DNA of 64,000 nucleotides, from NCBI GenBank assembly GCA_004431415.1, contig QPMI01000575.1:1-64000 (forward strand), given 5' to 3'. Under the pieces are notes generated by a model. It worked only from the letters and a program-made list of their open reading frames with translations. It ran no database searches and was not told the DNA's origin. The position numbers and the translations under genes were made by a program. Of the stretch, positions 57,230 to 64,000 are shown piece by piece. Origin of the DNA: Cyanophora paradoxa CCMP329. Its lineage: Eukaryota; Plantae; Glaucophyta. Numbering within the stretch: position 1 is the stretch's first letter; every line of letters begins with the position of its first letter.

Positions 57230-60200
57230 AGAGCTCGAGTGGGTCGCTAGCGGCGGCCGCCGCTGGGGCGGCCGCTGCCGCTCGAGCGGCGGCCCGGGCG
57301 GGGTGCGCTGCTCGCGCTCGACGCCTTCCCGGCGCTCGAGGCCGGCGGGCCGGGAGCGGCGCTGCGGCCGAACCACGAGCGGCCTTGGCGGAGGCGGGCG
57401 CGGCGGATGAAGCGGACGGGGCGGGTTGGGCGGACGGGGCGCCGACAGAAGGCCGCCCCGTCGACGGGCGAGAGGGGCGGGGAGGGCTTTAGCTGGGGCG
57501 CGGGGCATCGGCGGGGGTGGCGGGGCCGGGGCGGAGGGCGCGGGCCGCAACCCGAGGGGGCGGGGCGGGCCGGGGTGGAGTGGGAGGAGGCGGTGGCGGG
57601 CTCGGAGGGGCCTCGGGCTTGCGCGGCGGCTCGAGGACGACGGAGAGCCAGACGTCGGTCGTCCGCGCCTGCTCCGCCACGCACGCCGGCAGCAGCCCCG
57701 CCGCCTGCAGCCGCTTCAGCCGCGCCGAGAGCTGCCGACGAGGTCAGCTCGGGGCGCCGCCGACGGGGGGGGGGGGGGGGGGGAGGGGGGGGAGGGGGGG
57801 GGGGAGGGGGGCGGCGGGCCTTGATGGCGTTCTGGAGGGCCTGGGAGCGGAGGCGGGGAAGACCTCGCCGGCGGAGGCGACGGCGAGGGCCTCGAGGAGG
57901 GCGATGACGCGCCGCAAGAGGCGGCCGGGGCCCCGGCGAGGGCGGCGGCTGTGGCGGGGCGGGAGGCGAAGGGGAGGACGCCGGCGCGGTCGTCGTCGGC
58001 GGCGACCTCGGTGAGCTCGTGGTGCGCGAGCGCGAGGAGGCGGTCGGCGAGCTCCGCGGCGACGCCGCTGGCGAGCAGCTCGCGCTGGAACGCCGGGCGC
58101 CGCCACACTAGCGCCCCGAAGAGCGCCACCGCCTCCTCCCACACCGCCCCGCCCGCTCCCACGGCCCGCGCCCCGTCCCCGCCGGGCGCGGCCGCCGCTG
58201 TCCCGGGGCCGTGCTCGCGGGGGCGGGGCGGCGGGCGGCGGGGCCAAGTACGCGGGGTCCCACCAGACCTGGCACGCCGCGTGGTAGAGCAGGCCCGACG
58301 CGGCGCGGTCGCCGGCGCTGCCGCCCCGCATCTCCCGCACCGCCGCCTCGTACAGCGCGTCGTCTGCCGCGCGCGCCGCGTCGGGCGGCGCGGCGGGGCG
58401 GCGGGCGGGCGGCGCACTCTCGAGGAGGACGGAGAGGCCGGCGATGGCCGCGCGGCGCGCCTCGGCGCGGGGGAGGGCCCCCGCCTCGCCCCCGCCTCCA
58501 GCGCCCGCCGTATCGCCCCGAGCGCCTGCTCCCGCCGCCTGCGGCCGGCGGCCCTGCGGGGGCCCGACGGGCGCGCACAGCAGCCGCTCGACGAAGGAAG
58601 GCTGCGGGGGCGGTGAGCGGCGGCGGGGCGGCGGGGGAGCGGGGCGGGCGGGGCACCGGTGGAGGAGGTCGCGGGGGAAGACGGCGGCGGCGGCGGCGAG
58701 GAAGTCGAGGGCGGCGGCGAGGGCCCCCGGCGGCGCCTCCTCCCGCCGCTCCGCCACCCGCAGCGCCGCTCCACCGCCCGCGCGGCCGCCTTCAGCCTCT
58801 CCTCGGGCGGGGCGGCCGCCGGCGGGGCGGAGGGGCCCCCGCAGGACGAGCCGCGGGGCCGGGGCGGGGCCGGGGCGGGGTCGGGCGCGGGGTCGAGGGC
58901 GGCGGCGAGGAGGCGGCGGCAGCGGGGCTGGCGCGGAGGAGGGCGGCGAGGAGGGCGAGGGCCTCGGGCTCGCCGGCGCTGGCCGCCCCTCGAGGAGCGC
59001 CAGGAGGCCCTCGGGCTCGCCCCGCCCTGCAGCGCCCCCGTCACGTGCCCCAGCAGCGGCGCCCCGCCCCCGCGGACGCGGCCCCCCGCGCGAGGGCCGC
59101 CAGGCGCGCCGGGCCCGCGGGGTCCTCGATGAAGAGCCGCCGCGCGACGCTCTCGCCTCCTCCGAGGCCCCCGGCCCCGCGGGCCCCCCGCGCCGCCGCC
59201 GCCGGCCCCCCAGCGCCAGCGCCGCGAGGGCGGCCACGTCGGCGGGGCCGGGGCGCGGTACAGGGAGCGGCCCTGCGGCGGCGTCAGGCGCGCTGGCGAA
59301 CGCCGGGCGGAGCGGGCCTGCCTTGGTCGCGATCGACATGGCGCGCAGGGCGACGGAGAGCGAGCCGTCCGCCTTCTCGGCGCGCCCGCGGAGGTCGCCC
59401 GGGGCCCCAGCACCTTGCCCGAACCCGAGCCGGGGCTGCGGGGCCGGCGTCGGCGGGGCGGGCAGGCGGGGCGGGGCGGGCGGGCGGGCGGGGCACCGAG
59501 AGGAGCCGCCGTCGGAGAGCTCGTCGGGAGGGCGGGAGCGCTTTGCGGGCGGCTCGTGCTCGCTGGGGCTCCCCCGGGCGGGGCGGGGGCCGGCGGCGAG
59601 GACTTCCTGCGCGAGGCGCTGGGCCGGGCGAAGGCCGAGGGCCGCGGCGAGCCGACGAGCACGACCTCGCCCGAGCCGCCGGGCGAGGCCGGGGCGAGCG
59701 CCGGCGGGTCCGAGAGCGCCTTGGCCTCCGCCTGCGCGGCCTGCAGCTGGGCGCGCAGCTGCAGAATCGTCTCCTCCGCCTCCCGCTGCTTGGCCTGCAG
59801 CTGGCGCTCCGACTCCTGCACCTCCTCGAGCTCCCGCGCCTTCATCCCCAGCGCGTCCCGCAGCTTCTTCGCCTCCCTCTCCGCCGCGTCCCCGGGGCCC
59901 CGGCTCGACTGCCGCGCCGCCCCTGCGACGCCGGAGCCGCCGCCTGCGCCGCCGCCTGCGCCGCCGCCGCCCGCTCCTGCTTGAGGCGCTCCTTCTCCCG
60001 ATCCGCCTGCGGCGGCGGCGCTCAGGGGCGAGTGACGGGGGCCTCGGGGGAGGGCGAGGGGGGCACGCACGGCTTCGAGCTTGGCGCGCAGGGTGGCGCA
60101 CTCGCCGCCGCGGACGAAAAGCTGGCGCTTCAGGTCCTCGACCTCCGCCTCCAGCTCCCGCGCCTTCTTCTCTGCCTCCGCAGAGGGCCCCGGCGCCGCC

Positions 60201-61243
60201 GCCGGCGCAGGGGCCGCCGGCGCCGGCGGGAGGGGAGAGGGAGAAGCTGCGGGAGAGGGAGAAGCCGCCGGTGGCACGGCCGGCGGCACGACCGGCGGCA
60301 GCTGGGAAGAGGAAGAATGGACGGCGGGGGCGGGAGACGGGGCGCGTGTGGGGGCGCGGGAGAGCGAGGGCATCGGAGGGGCAGGTGGAGGGAGGCGCCG
60401 GGCCGGGGAGAGGGGAGCGACTGCACGCCGCGGCCCGGCGGCTGGCGGCCGGCCTCCCCGCGCCGCCCCGTCCGCCTGCATATGGCCCTGCTCCTCCTCC
60501 CGCCGCCGAGGCCGCAGCCGCAGCCGCGTAGGGGTCGAACGCGGGGCGCCCCCGGGCGCCCGCGGCGCGGCGGCCGACGCTCCTCCTCCTCCTCCTCCTG
60601 AAGGGACGGGGCTCGGGCCCCGCGCCTGCGCCGCGCTGGAGGGCCGGGCTGCGGACTCGGCTGCCGGCCCCCCCGCCCTGCGCGCCCCGACCCTGCCACG
60701 GCTGCGGCCCGCCCGTGACCGGCCGCGTCCCCTGCGCAGAGCCGGAGACCGGGGTCGGGGACGTCCCGCGGGGCCCCGGCGGCCCCTGCGCCCACTGCCC
60801 GCCAGGCGCCGCGCCCCCGTGGCTGCCACTCGTGCCGGGCCCGCTGCCGCCCGTCCCCCTCCACTGCCGCTGCGAGGGCGGATACGGCGGCTGTTGCTGC
60901 TGCTGGTGCTGCTGCTGATGCTGATGCTGCTGCTGCTGCTGCTGCTGAGGAGCCGCGTGATGCGGTCGCTGAGCCTGCTGGGGAGCGTTAGGCGACGGGG
61001 CCCGCGGCACCACGGCTGGCGCGGGAGCGCTCTGCGGCCGGGGCGGCTGCGGGGCCGGCTGGGGCTTCGGGGGCGAGTCGCTGGGAAGCGGCTCGTCGAA
61101 GATGGATGGGTCGATGCCTTCGAAAAGCTCATGGAGCATGTTCGCTGGCCCCGCCGAGGGCGAGGCCGCCGCCGGCTGCGGCGCTTGCTGCGGCGGAGGG
61201 AGCGGTTGGGCCGGCTGGGGGCCCCAGGCGCCGCTCGAGCCAC

Positions 61244-61287
<44 letters not shown>

Positions 61288-61480
61288 GGGGGCGGCTGTG
61301 GCTTCGGGGGCGAGTCGCTGGGAAGCGGCTCGTCGAAGATGGATGGGTCGATGCCTTCGAAAAGCTCATGGAGCATGTTCGCTGGCCCCGCCGAGGGCGA
61401 GGCCGCCGCCGGCTGCGGCGCTTGCTGCGGCGGAGGGAGCGGTTGGGCCGGCTGGGGGCCCCAGGCGCCGCTCGAGCCAC

Positions 61481-61518
<38 letters not shown>

Positions 61519-63131
61519 TGCCGCGACCCGCCCTGGTGCCACGAGGATTGCTGCTGCTGAGCACCCTGCTGGGCCTGCTGGTGCTGCGGGGGCGACGGCC
61601 CGCGCGGCCCAGACCCCGACGGCCCCTGCGCGGGCCTAGAGCCGGCTTGCTGGCCCCACGGCTGCCCGCCCTGCTGCACCTGCTGCGGCGGCTGCCCGCG
61701 CCCGGCGCCACCCTGCTGACCAGAACTGGAGGCGCCCGGTGGCCTCTGGCCCTGTTGCTGCGGCTGCGCGTGCGGACCCGGCCCCGGCCCGGGCCCCGAC
61801 CCAGCCCCGGTCCCCGGACGCTGCTGGCCGGGGGAAGGCCAGCCGTGCTGCCCGCCGTAGTGCTGCTGCTGCGGGGTCGGCGACGGGCCCCGTTGAGGTC
61901 CGCCCTGCGGGCCGCCGCCCTGCGCGTGCTGCTGGCTCAACTGATGCTGCTGCTGCTGAGGCGGTGCACCGCGCCCCATGCCGCCGCCGTGCGGGCCTCC
62001 CTGTGGCGCCCCTGTCTTCTGCTGCTGCTGCTGCTGCTGAGGCCTCCAGCTGCCCTGCTGGCCCCCCGCTTGGGCTTGGTGGGGCGCCCCTTGTGCCTGT
62101 CCCTGCTGAGGATGCTGGGCCTGTCTTTGATCTCGCTGCTGATGCCAAGCGGGTTGTTGCTGCCCGTGCTGCTGAGCCGGAGGGTGCTGCTGTCCTCCGG
62201 GCGTCGCTTGCGCCTGCCTCGCCGGCTGCCCGCCGGCGGGCGACGGAGCCCTGCCTCCCGGCGCGCCGGATCCCATCGCTTCGCTCTGCGCTCCGCGTTG
62301 CTGCGGTTGCTGCTGTTGCGCGCCTCTGTGTCCAGACTGCTGGTTTTGCACCGATGGGCCGCCGCTCACGCCAGGATGGTGCGTCTGCTGTGCGGGTTGC
62401 TGCGGGGCGCTGTGCGGTTTGCCACCGAACTGTCCTTGCGGCGCCTGCATGCCGAAACTCTGCGGCCCCGGCTGCTGACCGCCGGGCGGCGCGGAGCTGG
62501 GGCGCTGCCCTCCGTTTGAGCTCCCCGCCCCCTGGGGCTGCCATTGGCCGCTTCCTCCTTGCGCTGGTCGTTGCTGGCTGAAGTTCCGCGCTCCCTGCAT
62601 CTGATGCCCGAACCGCTGCTGCCCAGGCTGCGCTTGACCTTGCGGCGGATGTTGATCTGATCGCTGCCCTTGCACCGGCGGCCCAGGTGGTTGCTGTCCG
62701 CGTCCAGAGTTGGAAATGAAGCCTCCGGGTGCGTTGTTTGCGGGCTCGTGCACGAAACCTGTTCGCGCGCGGGACGATGAGCGCGGGAAGATTTGATCCT
62801 GCAGGAAAGCGAAAGCGCTCGCCTCCGGCCTCCTCAAGGAAGGCATCATCGCCGGAATCGTCCCGCGGGCGCTTCAGGCCTCCCGCCTGCCCTCCCGCCT
62901 GCCCTCCTTGCGCCTACAGACGAACGGCACGCCAGCGTCAGCGCACGGTGCGAAGTACACGAAACACACGGCGCTGCCTGTGCGACGCACGTTGAACTGC
63001 AGTGCCGGGCCTTTCGGCTGCGCATGCTGCGGGCCTGCAGCGCTTCCCTGGCCGAACTGATGCTGCGGGCGCCATGAACCGCCTCCAGCACCGCTTCCAC
63101 CCCCACGGCCGGCCCCGGGAGCGCCATACAT
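57230..63131 (-). CDS. Large host protein: Q/G/P-rich N-terminus, coiled coil, helical C-terminus; possibly ATRIP-like (3' end and exon structure uncertain)
   Basis: PolyQ tracts; duplicated acidic motif LHELFEGIDPSIFDE; coiled coil LKRQLFVRGGECATLRAKLE resembles the ATRIP/Rad26 GE..xLR motif; frameshifts in GC runs. Confidence 0.45.
61063..61520. repeat. 237-bp coding tandem duplication with CAG tracts
   Basis: CTGGGAAGCGGCTCGTCG at 61081 and 61318. Confidence 0.9.
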
Positions 63132-63337
63132 CACACTCCCGGACCGCTTCACGCGCCGATGCGAATTCGGCGGGTGTACCCGCACTCGGGTCTTCGGCGG
63201 GTGTACCCGCTCCCTCGGCCAGCCACCGACGTTCCGCAAGCCTTGCGAGCTTTGTGCTCGAGCTAGTTAGAATAAGCCCTCATCACCGAAGCGAGGCGCT
63301 CGCCAGCTGATCAGCGACTCGGCTTCCGCGCGACGCG

Positions 63338-63899
63338 ATGGTGCGCTTTAAGAATCGCTACGTGCTAGCGGAACTGCACTGGGAGGACGGAAAGTTCGAC
63401 GAGGAGCTCGCAGCCGGCCACGTTCTCGCCGCGGTGCGGGCCAGCATACAGACCAACTTCGGGGACATAGGGACCGCTCGAACGCAGCAATCGTTGCAAG
63501 GTGAGTCGCCGCGTTGCTGTTCGAGCTCTCCGCCGCCTCACGCTGGGCGCAGTGAAGTACTTCAACAACGTGACAAACCTTCTGATCATGCGCGTGGCGC
63601 GCGGGCCGCACCAGGACGCGTGGGCGGCCTTGAACTTCATCACCAAGATCAAAAACCGCACAGTCACAATACGTGTGATCCACGTGGCCGGTCCGACTCC
63701 GCCTCGCTTTTCGCCGCGGCGCCGCGCCCGATCTCACACCCGTGCAGGCACGATCCGGTCGTGCCAGAAGAAGGCGCTGGAGCATGACCGTAATTGCATG
63801 CGGGAGTTCATCCGCACGCGGCGGACGGCGGCGGAGCGGGAGCGCGGCGAGGAGCTCGCGAAGAGGGGCGAGGAGGAGATCGCCAGGCTCGATCTGTAA
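63338..63899 (+). CDS. POP5: RNase P/MRP subunit Pop5 (Rpp14/Pop5 family), 3 exons: 63338-63500, 63553-63690, 63748-63899
   Basis: MVRFKNRY start; FGDIG; VKYFN..T.L.I.RVAR; IHVAGTIRSCQK after splicing two GT-AG introns. Confidence 0.92.
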
Positions 63900-64000
63900 G
63901 CGGCGCGCCAGATCATGCGCAACCGATCTGGGAGACATCTATGCTCGGGAGAGGCCCCGATTGGTGCGCGGGGCAAACTCGCGCGTCGCGGGTCCGACCG

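Noticed and set aside
57095-62600. Long overlapping + strand and alternative-frame ORFs (e.g. 812, 796, 695 aa)
   Set aside because: Stop-poor shadows of very GC-rich coding DNA on the minus strand.

Overview
Eukaryotic (probably protist or algal) DNA. The GC-rich host sequence has short spliceosomal introns and carries nested mobile and viral-type elements. (1) 1-4587: right end of an old, CpG-depleted, pseudogenised virus-like element with fibre/C1q-like genes and a SAM-decarboxylase remnant, ending in a hairpin. (2) ~5200-11375: 170-bp satellite with higher-order structure. (3) 16486-51339: gag-only LTR retrotransposon with apparently identical 475-bp LTRs and an ATAC target-site duplication (TSD). 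(4) Inserted into it at 17431-47902, with a 6-bp TSD (TGCTCA), is a 30.5-kb AT-rich element. It is a giant palindrome of ~10.3-kb arms around a 1.2-kb spacer that holds one Zn-ribbon-repeat endonuclease gene; the left arm also carries an 8.56-kb tandem duplication. The arms encode an AEP/PriCT-2/D5 primase-helicase, two RING proteins and small ORFs. They contain ~310-bp GTTAC/GTAAC cassettes, fold-back termini and Mimivirus-type AAAATTGA motifs upstream of genes, but no recognisable integrase, capsid, packaging ATPase or polymerase B. This element is the best candidate for an undescribed system: a non-autonomous, integrating, possibly giant-virus-dependent replicon related to the older element at the left. 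(5) Several MITEs and three host genes: an FN3-like+TIR protein, a Q/P/G-rich coiled-coil protein (possibly ATRIP-like) and POP5. All domain calls are by eye from motifs; no database search was run.
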